Positions 35,145 to 45,861 of a stretch of 64,000 nt of DNA are shown here, piece by piece; the first letter of the stretch is position 1, and every line of letters begins with the position of its first letter. Position numbers and translations under genes: made by a program. Under the pieces are notes generated by a model that worked only from the letters and a program-made list of their open reading frames with translations, made no database searches and was not told the DNA's origin. Source of the stretch: Pelagomonas calceolata (lineage: Eukaryota); NCBI GenBank assembly GCA_918797485.1, contig CAKKNE010000006.1, positions 3,596,001 through 3,660,000 of the forward strand. The letters run 5' to 3'.

Positions 35145-35507
35145 CTACACCTCGAGGGCGAAGAGAGCGTCCTCCCCGTCCAGGCCCGGGACGTCGAACG
35201 CCACGCTTCTCGGCGAGGGACTGCGGCGGCCGCTCCTAGCGGCGTCGCTCCGCGTCGGCTTGCGCGGATCAAGTGCGGCTGGTTTCCCCATGCGCTCCCA
35301 AAATAGCAACGCGCGCCAGTCCGCGTCCGACGCCCGCGCCTTCAAAGATTGCGCCTCCGCGATCTCCCTGGCGCCGACAAAATCGTAGCCACCCGTGATT
35401 TTGATCGGCAGGGATGAACTGCGTTGCTGAGGCGCCGCGGTCGCGCCGCCGTCGTCGGAATCCGAGCGGTCGTTGCGATTAATCGCCATTCTAGGTGTTG
35501 TTGCCAT
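35145..35507 (-). CDS. Small hypothetical protein, paralog of 34300-34647
   Basis: C-terminus SPSPRSVAFDVPGLDGEDALFALEV; SLKARAS matches SLQARAS. Confidence 0.65.
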   Translation of the reverse strand: MATTPRMAINRNDRSDSDDGGATAAPQQRSSSLPIKITGGYDFVGAREIAEAQSLKARASDADWRALLFWERMGKPAALDPRKPTRSDAARSGRRSPSPRSVAFDVPGLDGEDALFALEV

Positions 35508-35877
35508 TCTAAGCCGCTGAGCACGCGATTTTAACGCGCCAGGTTGCGTAGCAGCCGCAGTACTATGCCAGCTCCTGCTGCGCAGTGTAAATCTGTGACC
35601 ACTGCAATATTGGCGGATTACCAGGACGCTCAATAGGCACTGGATCCGCCTCGGCAATTTTGGAAGGCGGTTTTTGGACCCCTCCAAAACCCCCCACAAG
35701 ACGCCTCATCCCACTCCCATAGCGCTCCGCAAGACTAGCTCAAAAAAAAACGCGAAAAACGGCGCCTCAGGCCAAAACGCGCGCCCCGCGGCGGACGCAC
35801 GACTCGACGACGCCATCGACGCGCCATCCTGCGATATACACCAAAATGCGCTTAGTTCGAACCCCAGACCAACAAAC

Positions 35878-36386
35878 CTAGCAGTCCAGGAAGTTCGCCG
35901 CCATCAAGAGCTCGAGCGCGACCTCCGGCTCGATCGCGAACTCGGGGATGCGCACCTGCGAGTTCTTGTAGGAGGCCTTGTAGTAGAAGTACTGGATGAC
36001 CTTCTCGAGGATGGGCGTCGAGATCTCGGGAAATTTTATCTCGCCCGAACTCTCCGTGAAGGAGCCGGAAAGCATGGCTTTGATGGTCCCGCTCGTCTGC
36101 GCGCACTGTCTATCTACAAAAAACTCGTGGCCCTCCGCCGAGCTGTGTGGAATCAACCAGTGAATGAGGTTGTCACGTGGACAACGTCGCGTCAATGGCG
36201 TGGAATCGCCACGCCATCGCGCAGATGGAGTTACGGAAGATCGTCGCGTCGATGGCGTGGGGCGCCCGAAATTTGATTCCACACAGCCCAAGACATGAGC
36301 TTGACATACTGCGACGGCGCCGCGTCGTCGACGGCCGCGCCGACGGCGTCCGCCAGCGACCCGGGGCCCGCGGCGTCGTCGGCCAT
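35878..36386 (-). CDS. ELOC: Elongin C; complement join(35878..36142,36295..36386)
   Basis: Spliced [35 protein letters not shown]-terminus. Confidence 0.95.
36143..36294 (-). mobile_element. Introner family A, 152 nt, GT-AG
   Basis: Inverted ends ctgtgtggaatcaa...ttgattccacacag; diverged TSD gtcttggg / ctcggcgg. Confidence 0.9.
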
Positions 36387-36906
36387 TTTATATTCCGCAG
36401 AGATGCGTCGACTGGCGTCTCGCGGCGGGTGTTTGACCGTCTATAGACGCGCCGGCAGCGTCGCGCAGCGGCCCTCGAAGGCTCGAGATAGCCTGGCTGC
36501 CAAAAGTTGTGCGACGGGCGCCCACACGCAGCTGGCGTCTCCCGTGGGGTGAGAGACCGTACAGCGAATGCGCTAAAGGCCTGATATAAGTGCAAGCAGC
36601 ACCAAACGCCTGTCCGCGCTGTGTTTTTGTGCTTGCTAGTGTCTTACGACGCTAGCTCGCGCCCAGAGCAAAAACGCTCTTGCTGCCCACAGTCGTCGTG
36701 AGGAGTCTATATCGAGACGCATCCTTGTAGTGCACCCCTTCGCAGCGTCGCCACCTAATTTTCAAGAGAGCTGCTCTCCCACATGCCGCAAACGAGAAGC
36801 CAGACCAAGGCGGACAAGGTCGACGCACGAGTAGACAGCGTCGCGTATTATTTGGCCGTGGCCGTGCCGCTGATCTTCCTCTACACCGTGGCCCAGAACC
36901 TCGGCT

Positions 36907-37634
36907 ATGCGTAGTAGCTTACTCCTCGTCGCGGGCGTTGTGGAGGCGCTCGTCGGCCCGCAGCGGACCGCCACGCTCGGCCTCGGCTGCTTCTGGGAGC
37001 CGTCCGAGACTTTACTGAAGCTCGACGGCGTCGTCGACACGAGGTGCGGCTACGCGGGCGCCGCGTTCCCCGACGCGAAGCCGGATTATAATAGCGTCTG
37101 CGGCGGCGACGGCAACGTCGAGTGCGTGCCGGTGTGGAATTCTGCTCGATGGCGTGGGGTTCAACATAGCTCACTGGATGATTTCCACACAGGTGCGTGC
37201 GCGTGACCTACGACGAGGCGCGCGTGTCGTACGAGGACGTTCTGGATGCGGCGTTCGCCGCGGCCAAGCCGGTGCTCGGCTCGCGGCAGTACGCGCCGAT
37301 CGTCTTCGCCGCGAGTGATGAGGAGGCGGAGCGCGCGGCGGCCTGGGTCGCGATAGGCGGCAAGCGCGACGACGGCTTGGAGCGGCGCCAGTTCGCCGTC
37401 GAAACGACGGATACGTTCTGGCTCGCGGAGGGCTACCACCAGGAGTACTGGCAGAAGTGGCGACCGCGCTACGCAGCCCTCTTCGCCCTCGTCGGCCTCC
37501 AATACGCCGATTCCAAACTAGACTTCCTGCCCCCGGCGGCCGACGCCGCCTGCACGGCTCTCGCCGTATGCATCGGCCTCCTGTTCCTCGGGGAACGGGT
37601 CCTCGACTCCGAGACGACAAAGCTAGGCGCCTAA
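36907..37634 (+). CDS. msrA: Peptide methionine sulfoxide reductase A (Cys form) with C-terminal hydrophobic helices; join(36907..37121,37193..37634)
   Basis: GCFW, GYAG, spliced VECVRVTYD, FWLAEGYHQEY. Confidence 0.9.
37122..37192 (+). mobile_element. Introner family A, 71 nt, GT-AG
   Basis: Perfect TSD gtgcgtgc (37122-37129 and 37193-37200); cggtgtggaat...atttccacacag. Confidence 0.92.
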
Positions 37635-37646
37635 CAAACAATCAAA

Positions 37647-39029
37647 TTAAACAAGGTCCCCCTCCTCGAACTCGTCGCGCGGCCGCTGCCACCGACTGTC
37701 GTCCTGAGGTCGATCGTCCACCAGCTTAATAAAGGCCGCGACCGTCGCAAAGATAAACACCGCCGTGAAGACGAGGAACGTATTTCGGTAGCCTATCTTT
37801 CGGACGGCGAGGCCGCCGAGGGCCGCGCCGACGCCGGATCCCCCGTTGAAGGCCGCCGAGAAGAGGCCCTGGGCGAGTGTCTGCCTATCTGAAGGCATGC
37901 GCGCCTTGGCGCCAACCACGCCCGCCGTGTAGAACAACGCGAACGTGATCCCGTGCAAAGGCTCAACTAATAAAACGAGCCAGGGCCGCCCCGGAAAAAA
38001 CGTGAGAAGGGCGTAGCCCGCGCACCGCGCCGCGTACAAGAGCAAAACGACCACCACCAAGGTCTTCGAGCCGTGCCGCGCGAGCAACCCGTCGGCCGCG
38101 CGCATGACCGGAACCTCCACAGCACATTCCACGAACAGCGCGAGGCCGCAGAGCGTCGCGGCGCCGCCGAGGCCCCGCACGATGAACACGAAGAGGAAAC
38201 TCATGACGAAGCCGAAGCCGGACCCGACACAAGCGCTCGCCGCGAGGAACGCCACGAGGTCGCCCTCGACCTGAGCTGTCCGCGCCTCGTCGTCGTCGGA
38301 GTCGGCGCCGATCTCGAAGGGGTTTATGTTCTTGTCAGGACGAGTGGGCTCGGCCTTCTCCTCCTCGTCGTCCGACTCGAGGCCGCCAATCTCAAAAGGA
38401 TTGGCGTCGGCGGCCGGCGGCGCGCCGCCCTCGTCGGAGTCGGCGACGGAGAACGGGTTGAGGACTCGCGTCGTCACGGACTGGCGGTGCACCTGGTCGT
38501 AATTGCGCTTGGTCTTGGCGGCGGGCACGACATCAACAGCGAAGACCGCGGCGCCGCAGCCGAAGAGCGCCGCGGCGGCGACGCACGGCGAAAATCCATA
38601 ATTCGCATAGACGTAGCCGGCGACCGGCGCCGTCAGGCCCCAGGACAGCGAGCCGTAGAGCCGCGCCGCGCCGAAGGACGCGCGCGCGACGACGCCGGCA
38701 TCCACAAAAGGTATCAGCGGCGCCTCGAAGACGCTCCTCGCTATCAAAACAAGGGCCAGCACACGCGTCCGCGCCGCGACCAAGACCAGGGGCGTGAGCA
38801 ATTGCCAGCAGAGCCAAGACAAAGCGAAGATGGGCCCGCGGCCGCACTTCGCGTCGGCGAGCCAGGCCCAGGCCGGCGAGGCGGCGACGCCGACGAGCCG
38901 CGTCGCTCCTAACAAGAGCCCGAGCTCCGCCTCGGACACGTATCTACTGAGGAAGAGGGGCAGGTAGGGCCACACCAAACAAAGCGCCACGAAGTGGAAG
39001 AAGTAGACCGCGTTCTCCGCGAGAGGCAT
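37647..39029 (-). CDS. MFS_1-like (MFSD6-type) transporter
   Basis: PYLPLF, WAWLAD, FGAARLYGSLSWG, LLVEPLHGITFALF, TLAQGLF; ATG at 39029. Confidence 0.88.
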   Translation of the reverse strand: MPLAENAVYFFHFVALCLVWPYLPLFLSRYVSEAELGLLLGATRLVGVAASPAWAWLADAKCGRGPIFALSWLCWQLLTPLVLVAARTRVLALVLIARSVFEAPLIPFVDAGVVARASFGAARLYGSLSWGLTAPVAGYVYANYGFSPCVAAAALFGCGAAVFAVDVVPAAKTKRNYDQVHRQSVTTRVLNPFSVADSDEGGAPPAADANPFEIGGLESDDEEEKAEPTRPDKNINPFEIGADSDDDEARTAQVEGDLVAFLAASACVGSGFGFVMSFLFVFIVRGLGGAATLCGLALFVECAVEVPVMRAADGLLARHGSKTLVVVVLLLYAARCAGYALLTFFPGRPWLVLLVEPLHGITFALFYTAGVVGAKARMPSDRQTLAQGLFSAAFNGGSGVGAALGGLAVRKIGYRNTFLVFTAVFIFATVAAFIKLVDDRPQDDSRWQRPRDEFEEGDLV

Positions 39030-39277
39030 CAATCAATCCGCGGGATAGGCTTGTACTCCGGCGCGCCGGGCGTCTCGGACGAGCCGTAGAGCTTCTTCGC
39101 GATCTTGCGGTGCTCCTCCTCGATGGCGAAGGCCTTCGCGGACTGGCTCTTCTGCCGGAGGTCGCGCGCGGCGACCGTACCGCTCGTGAAGCGGCTCAGG
39201 AGGTAGCTACCGCCGGCGCAGAAGAGGAGCAGCGGTGCGCCGCGGGCTGCCAGCTGGAGGAAGGAGGGCTGGGGCAT
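39029..39277 (-). CDS. COX16: Cytochrome c oxidase assembly protein COX16-like
   Basis: 82 aa; GAPLLLFCAGGSYLLSRFT membrane segment, IEEEHRKI, YKPIPR. Confidence 0.75.
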   Translation of the reverse strand: MPQPSFLQLAARGAPLLLFCAGGSYLLSRFTSGTVAARDLRQKSQSAKAFAIEEEHRKIAKKLYGSSETPGAPEYKPIPRID

Positions 39278-39543
39278 GAATTACAGATCAATGCGGCTGC
39301 TTGGCACCCCTGCGAGGCTGCTGCACAGCCCAGGCTGCTTGCTCAGCCTCAGCAGCTCAGGCTGTCTAGGCTCGCTAGTGTCTTACAGACCGCTAGCCGC
39401 GGGCGCCGCGCTGCGGATAGTGACATATCATATCCCTTCGATAATAGTCAATAATTAATTAGTTTGTCTGCTCCGCGCGAAGGGAAGGGCTTGCGGGCGA
39501 CGGGAGGGGCCAAGACGCGGGTGGATGCCGGGGGCTGCTCGAC

Positions 39544-40430
39544 TTAGAACGCGACGCCGAGGAGGGCGACCGTCACGAGGAGGCCGAACGCGACGGAGCG
39601 GGCCTTGGCGCCGTCGCTGCCCAGCGCGGCACAAGTCGCGAGACTCGCCGGACATTCGCTTGCGTCTTCCTTCTGCTCGACGCCGCACGACGTCGCGTCA
39701 CACTTGGATTGACCGGTTCTGATGTCCACGTCGTCGTCCACGCACCAGCCGAGGTCCTGGTCGAAGGCCTCGGCGCGGTCGAACATCCACTTCATATCCG
39801 TGACCTGGGCGACCTGCCAGTTGCTGAGGTCCTGGTTAAAGGCCGAGGCGACGTTGAACATCGAGTTCATGTTCTCGACGTTGTGGACGCACCAGCCGCC
39901 GATCGGTTGGTTGAAAATCGTGGCGTACGCGAACATGTTGCTCATATCCGTGACCTTCGAGACGTCCCAGCCGCCGATATTCCCGTCGTGCACTATACCG
40001 GCGCAGCCATTACAGGTCGAAATGACATTGTTGAAGGTACTCGCGCCCTTGAACATCCCGTGCATGTCCGTGACGCCGGAGGTGTCCCACGCGCTGATGT
40101 CGGCAAAGAAGCTCGATGCGCCGGAGTTGTAGTAGGCGCAGCTCGTCAGCTTGCAAAACAACTCCGACATGTCGGTCACCCCCGACGTGTCCCACGTCTC
40201 TATTTTGCCGTACGTCGCGTCGGCGGCGGAGCGGTCCGTAAAATATAGGGTCACTGCCGTGCGGATGGTCTCATCATCCATCGCGTACTGGAGCTGACCT
40301 GTGCGTAAATCAACCAGTGCGTCGGGTGCGGTTTGATTCTCATGCGCGGGAGCTGACGGCGCGCGTCCGCTGCCGCGGCGGCGACGGCGAGGATCGAGAG
40401 CAGGTGCCAGCATGCATCGAGGACGTTCAT
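39544..40430 (-). CDS. DUF285/BspA-like repeat surface protein; complement join(39544..40298,40358..40430)
   Basis: Repeats WDTSGVTDM..F...FNQ.I..W; splicing yields signal peptide MNVLDACWHLLSILAVAAAAADAR; hydrophobic C-terminus. Confidence 0.85.
40299..40357 (-). mobile_element. Introner family A, 59 nt, GT-AG
   Basis: Perfect TSD gtcagctc; 3' arm cactggttgatttacgcacag; 5' arm degenerate. Confidence 0.85.
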
Positions 40431-40708
40431 CGCGCCCCAAAAAAGGTGTACCTACGCTGCGGTCATCCGCGCGCCGCCCGGCTCGGGGTGCGGGAGCTAG
40501 GGGCAGCGCGAAGCTGCAGCGCGGCGCGCGCCGGGGTAAGGGGGGGGGGCTCAACTTACGCGTGCAAGCAAGCGGCGTGGACAGCTCTTCAAAGCTTCAA
40601 CGTTGTGGGCAGCTCCTGAGGAAGCTTGCTAGTGGCTTTATAGGCCGCTAGCACGGATTTCCTAAACCGCGGGCGCCCAGCTTGCCACGATCAAAACACA
40701 CACACTTT

Positions 40709-41704
40709 TTACTCGGAGAGAAAATCCCGCACGCGCCACCGCGACCGGTCGGCCGGCAGCACGGAGTTCGACCCGTGGAGGCCGTCGGGCAGGGGCCAGG
40801 CGTGCTGGGCGGACACGGTGCAGTAGAAGAGGATGCGTCTTTTATTGGACGTGTTGCCGAGGCCGCAGTGCAGCACGCGCGAGTCGAAGATCGCGACGTC
40901 GCCCGTTTGTAAATTTGACTGGACGGCCTTGCGGGACGAGATGTAGGTCTCCTGGTCCTGGCGCCGCACGTTCCAAAGCGTGTGGTCCGTGTGTGTTTGT
41001 GGTAAAAACAGCGTGTGGCCCATGTCGTCGTCGACGTCCTGCAGCGCGATGAAACACGTGTACAGCGGCTCCATGCTGGCGGACGGGTACTGGGGGCAGG
41101 GCAGCACGATCGTGTCCGCGTGGATGCACTGGCGCGGCGCGCCGGGGTCCGCCACGAGCGACGAGATCTCGTGCAAGGTGGCGTCCAAGCCGACGAGCGG
41201 TTCGAGTAGAGGCCGCAACCGCTCAAAGAACTCGGATAACGCCGCCCGGACCTCGGGCGCGTCGACGGGCTGGTACAGGTCCTGCCGCGTCCCGAACACG
41301 CCTTTCCCGCGGCAGTTCACGCCGCCGAAGCGCGACTCGAAGGGCGCGCCGCCCTCTTCGACCTCGGCCATGGCCACGTCCCGCCGGTCCTCCACAAAAG
41401 CGCGCAAGGTGGCGGCTGTCTCCGGTGTTAATGCCTCCGGGACACCAACGCAGCCCTCCCGTTCGAGCAATTTGGCCAGCGTCGGACCTTTCTCGGTCAT
41501 CATGCTGAAGGGCGCGGCCGGCAGCTTCTTGACGTCCTTGATGAGCTTTTTCCCTTCCTTCACCGCCAACATCTCCGCGTTTTTGGCAGCCACGGCGGCG
41601 AAGAGGCCGCCTTGGGAGGTCGTGGCGCCGGGGTTCGCTACCGGTGCGGCGAGGCCATTGGACGTGGCTGCGCTCGCGGCGAGGACGAGCAGTGTGAGTT
41701 GCAT
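40709..41704 (-). CDS. Phytanoyl-CoA dioxygenase (PhyH) family 2OG-Fe(II) enzyme
   Basis: QCIHADT (HxD), FIALQDV, GDVAIFDSRVLHCG..N; signal peptide from ATG 41704. Confidence 0.85.
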   Translation of the reverse strand: MQLTLLVLAASAATSNGLAAPVANPGATTSQGGLFAAVAAKNAEMLAVKEGKKLIKDVKKLPAAPFSMMTEKGPTLAKLLEREGCVGVPEALTPETAATLRAFVEDRRDVAMAEVEEGGAPFESRFGGVNCRGKGVFGTRQDLYQPVDAPEVRAALSEFFERLRPLLEPLVGLDATLHEISSLVADPGAPRQCIHADTIVLPCPQYPSASMEPLYTCFIALQDVDDDMGHTLFLPQTHTDHTLWNVRRQDQETYISSRKAVQSNLQTGDVAIFDSRVLHCGLGNTSNKRRILFYCTVSAQHAWPLPDGLHGSNSVLPADRSRWRVRDFLSE

Positions 41705-42266
41705 TGCTTCGCGGCGATGGCGTCTCGCCGTGAGCGTTGCGAAATGTTGCCTCGTGTGTCGCTGCGATGGCGTGCGGCGGTGGCACCTACAGCCCAGCGC
41801 GAGCGATGGCCTGACCGCTGAGTAAGGCCTAGCTTGCAAAGCCTCACAGCAACCTCGGAAGTGCAGCGAAACCGTCTCTTCAGCAGGATTGATGTTAGTA
41901 GTCTCCCGCACGCAGCTCGGTTGTGTCCAGTAGCCGCTAAAATGCCGCTGGCGTGTCGTGCAAGCACGCGCACGCGCTAGCTAGCGTCCGGTAAGCCACT
42001 AGCAAACTCTCGCTCCCCTACCCAGCTTGATTTCGGCCTCGTCGTAAGAAAGGAGCCAGCGGCCAGTTCCACATCCTGATGGGGGGCGTCCCGAAAGAGG
42101 GGGGGCGTGCGAGTCCATGCGACTCAGCCCTTGCGTCCTAGACTCCTAGTCCAGCCGGACGGGTGGGCCCGGGGGGAGCGGGAGGGGTACGGGGGACCCT
42201 GCGACGTAACTAGCCTGAGCCTGGCGTAGAATATTCAATCAACTTTTTAGAAGGGAAGGAGACGAA

Positions 42267-45200
42267 CTACCTCCCGCGCCCGCCCATCAGCGGGTTGATC
42301 ATGACCGCGTCGTGACTCTCGACGACAGGAGGCGCCGCCGCCGCGCTGTCAGCCGTACCCGACGTCCCAATGCACGTGTGGATCTTGTCGTCCGACGTGT
42401 CCAACGCCTTCAGGATGACCTGCAGGTCCTTCACCGTGACCTGCTCCGCCAAGCGGGGATAGTCGCGTAAACCCATTAGAGTTTTTTGCGGGATCGCGTC
42501 CATGCCACAACCCGTGAGCTGCTCGCACCAGTACTTGTTCGACGTGAGTTCCGCGAGATGTCTGTTGACCAACACCCGCCTTGCCGCTTCCAAATTGTCC
42601 GCGGTTGGCGGACTGGAACCACCGAGCGCCTGCAGCGTCTCGCGACACGCGTCTAACGCTTTTTCGGCGTTCGCCGGCGAGGCGGTCACCGAAACGAGGT
42701 ACCAGCCGCCCTTGATGCGCTCGTGCTCGCTGAATCTGAAATTCGCGTCATAGGTGAGTTGCTTCCGCTCGCGCACGACGGAGAACAACCTTCTATTAGC
42801 GACCTCCTGCACTAATGACAAAGCTACGGCCGCAAATAGAGGGTGGCGCCACCGTTCCGGCGCTTTCGAGAGGTCCGACGTGCCTAGCAACCTTTCAACT
42901 AGTGTTCGGCCATCCGCGAGCACGCCTAGTCGGTTCGGCGCGGCGCCCATGACGTAAGCCACTGCCCTGGGGTCGGAATCAGGCACGTGGACCCGTCGAG
43001 GCTCACCTGGAGAAGCTGGCAACTTAGCATTCGTAGACGAGGGATCCCTATCAGTCAAAGGTTCGACGTCCGTCGGCCGTGGAACAGCACCGACGTACGC
43101 GACAGCGAGTCGTTCACACTCCGCCGCGTCGAAATCCCCAACAACCGAAATCTCGACGTTCGCCGGGTCGAGCTGCGCCATCATGCACTGCTCCACATCC
43201 TCAAGCTTGAGAGCATCGGCATCGGCCTTACCTAGCGAGAGGAACCTCTCATCTCTACCCAGCAGATCTTCCAGTAATTTTTCTTGAGCAGCACCTTCCA
43301 TCGACCTCAACGACGTTTCTGTTTGTTGCTCGTGGCCGATCTGGGCCCTCCGAAACGCGTCGGGCTCCCACAGGAACGCACCGGGATACAGGATCTTGTG
43401 CACCAACTGCAGCGCCGCTTCCACACCGGAACACCCACCACTCCTAGGCGGCGGCGTCGGGAAGCCAAAGTCCACGGTGATCTTCTCCTCAGAACAGGTC
43501 ACCTCGACCATGATCAGGCGGTCCACGCAAAATAGCTCGACCTGTTCGCGCGACCAGGGGTCGAAGGCGCCGCCCTCCTGGAGCGTGCGGGCGCCCACTG
43601 CTGCCGATCCTAAAGCGGATTTGAGGGCAGCCTCGCCTTCCCTGCCTCCCGCCATGGTTAATCGTAGAGCGCCGCGCTGGGCTTCATGAGGTAACCCTTT
43701 CACCATAATTCTAGCACCATTGGCCAGTCGCTGCGCGCGGACACCTAGCGCAGCGGCAGCTTTGGCCTCCTCGTCCCCAGCGACCTCCGCGAAAGTTCTG
43801 GGAACGACCTTCTCGGGAAGCATCTTTGCCACATCTTCGCGCTCCATCAACGCCGCCGGGATGATGAGCTCGGGCTCCGGCTCGATGGGCTCCGTCGCGG
43901 CCTTCGCCGCTACGGCTAGTAACTGCTCCGAATCGATCTTCACCGGCGTCCCATCCGCGAGGAACGCCGGACTACACGCGATCATGGCAGAAGGTCTGGC
44001 CGCATCTGGTGCGCCGAAGTCCACCACATGCGCCATCAGATCTCTCGCGACGGCGTTGACCTCGTCCAGCTGGAGCGATTGCACCGCGAGGACCTGCGTC
44101 GAACGACGGCGTCGCGACACTCCCCTCACGAGACGCGTGGACTCTCTGACGGCCGCGTCGACGGCGTCGATGCGACTCGGCATCGCGTCGACGCCATCGC
44201 CGCGACAGCGTCACGTTCACGAGACATGTAGACTCTCTGACGGCCGCGTCGGCGTCGAGGCGACGCAGTCTCATGAAGACGCCATCGCCGCGACCTCGAA
44301 GTTCGGAAAAGTTCGGACACCGAGGCGGCACGGTGGCCTCATGAGCAGTGGCCGGGTCCATGAACGTGTGCTCGCAGGCCACGGTCTCCATCAAATGTGT
44401 GAGTTGTTCCCCATGCGCTAACTGGTCGCCCATCGCGGCTAATTGCTCCGAATCCGTGACCAACGCGGCGCCGAAGCGCTCCAATTCGGACTGCGTGAGG
44501 CCGAACTGGCCCATGCGTCGCGTCTCCTTCACGGCGGCCGCCACCGCCTCCTCCCACCGCGCCGCGTCGCCGTTCATATCTAAAGAACACACCGCACACG
44601 CCTCCCGCGCCGAGTCGAGGTGCTGGAACTCGACGAACGAGAACAGGGGCTCCGCTCTGGCTAGGACATTGAGTCGAACTTGTAGCGCCGACAGCACGAT
44701 GCGCTTCGTCGTCACGGCTCTGTGCTCCGCTAGCGTCGTGATTCTCTCCACGGGCCTCTTCGCGAACAAGTGAAACGAGAACTGCTGCAGCAGCTCGTGC
44801 TGGAACACATGAGCGCGTACGGGGACACCTGTAGAAGGATGGGGCACGGCCGGGACGTCGAGCGGCAGCAAGTACTCGTTCTTCTGGTCATCCGTCATTT
44901 CCAGAATACGTTCACCATCAAGAGGCACCGCACTCGTCTGGTCGAACCTCCCACCGGACCATTCATGGACAATCGGAGGAAAGTGCCGCGACTGGGCCTT
45001 CAGGCAGGGCGGCACGGGGTTCGGACTGGTTGCCTTAGGAACACCGTCGAACGCCGTGCGGATGGCCAATTCCACGTCGTCGGCCTTGACGTCGCCCACC
45101 ACATACAGCAAAGCGTTGTCCGGCCGGTAGTGTTCGCTGTGGAACTTGACCACATCGTCGACACTCCATGCCTTAATCTGCTCCTCCAAGCCGATGGGAA

Positions 45201-45861
45201 ACCTTCTCGCCAAAGCGTTTTCGGCGTGTAGCGTCCTCAGGATCTGGCACTCGACGCGGTACTCGATCGTGTTGACCATGGACATCTCGGACAGGACCGC
45301 AGCGCGCTCCTTTTCCACGCGGGCCGGGAGGAACTGCGCTTGGAGCACCTCGCAGAGAGCATCTAAAGCTCGTGGTAACATGGCGCCGCCTCTCCCCAAA
45401 AGTAACTGGTTGAGAGCACCTTCCGGTAAGGGCGCTTCCAGCGGGCAGCACGCGTAAAACACCGTGTGGTGGAAGTCCGTGTAGGCGTTCGTCTGTGAAC
45501 CGGTGCCGAAGAGCCGTTCCCTCTTCCTCGAACCCATGTAGGCCACGTGCTCGACCAAGTGGGCGATGCCCTGCTGGTCTTCCCGCTCGTCGGCCGAGCC
45601 CGCGAAGACCTCGAGATGGGCTTCGAAGCGCCCTGCTGGTGAGGCGTTCGGGAGGATGACGTACTCCAGACCATTTTTGAGGGTCCCTTTCCGGAAGGCC
45701 GGATGTGTGGGTAATTTAGCGTCGGGCTTTAGGAGCGTTTCGACCATGGCCGGCGCCGCGCGTAAGGAGGGCCGCGCCGTCTTGAGCGTCGGGAGCGGCT
45801 TCGCGACGAACGCCGCGGTCGCGGCGGCGTAGGCCGCCGCGAGGACATGGAACAGCGCCAT
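42267..45861 (-). CDS. Plastid stromal processing peptidase (M16); complement join(42267..44093,44332..45861)
   Basis: AHLVEH inverted zincin, NAYTDFHHTVF, RFPIGLEEQI; AAF leader; intron restores HEATVLAVQ. Confidence 0.92.
44094..44331 (-). mobile_element. Repeated intron, family B, 238 nt, with internal tandem duplication
   Basis: GT-AG; homologous to 6208-6365; block gtcgcggcgatggcgtc...gacgcggccgtcagagagtc.ac..gtctcgtga occurs twice. Confidence 0.75.

Noticed and set aside
42076..42096. Hammerhead-ribozyme-like CTGATG-G-GGG-GCGT-CCC-GAAA
   Set aside because: The conserved A of CUGANGA is G, and I could not find pairing partners for stems I and III
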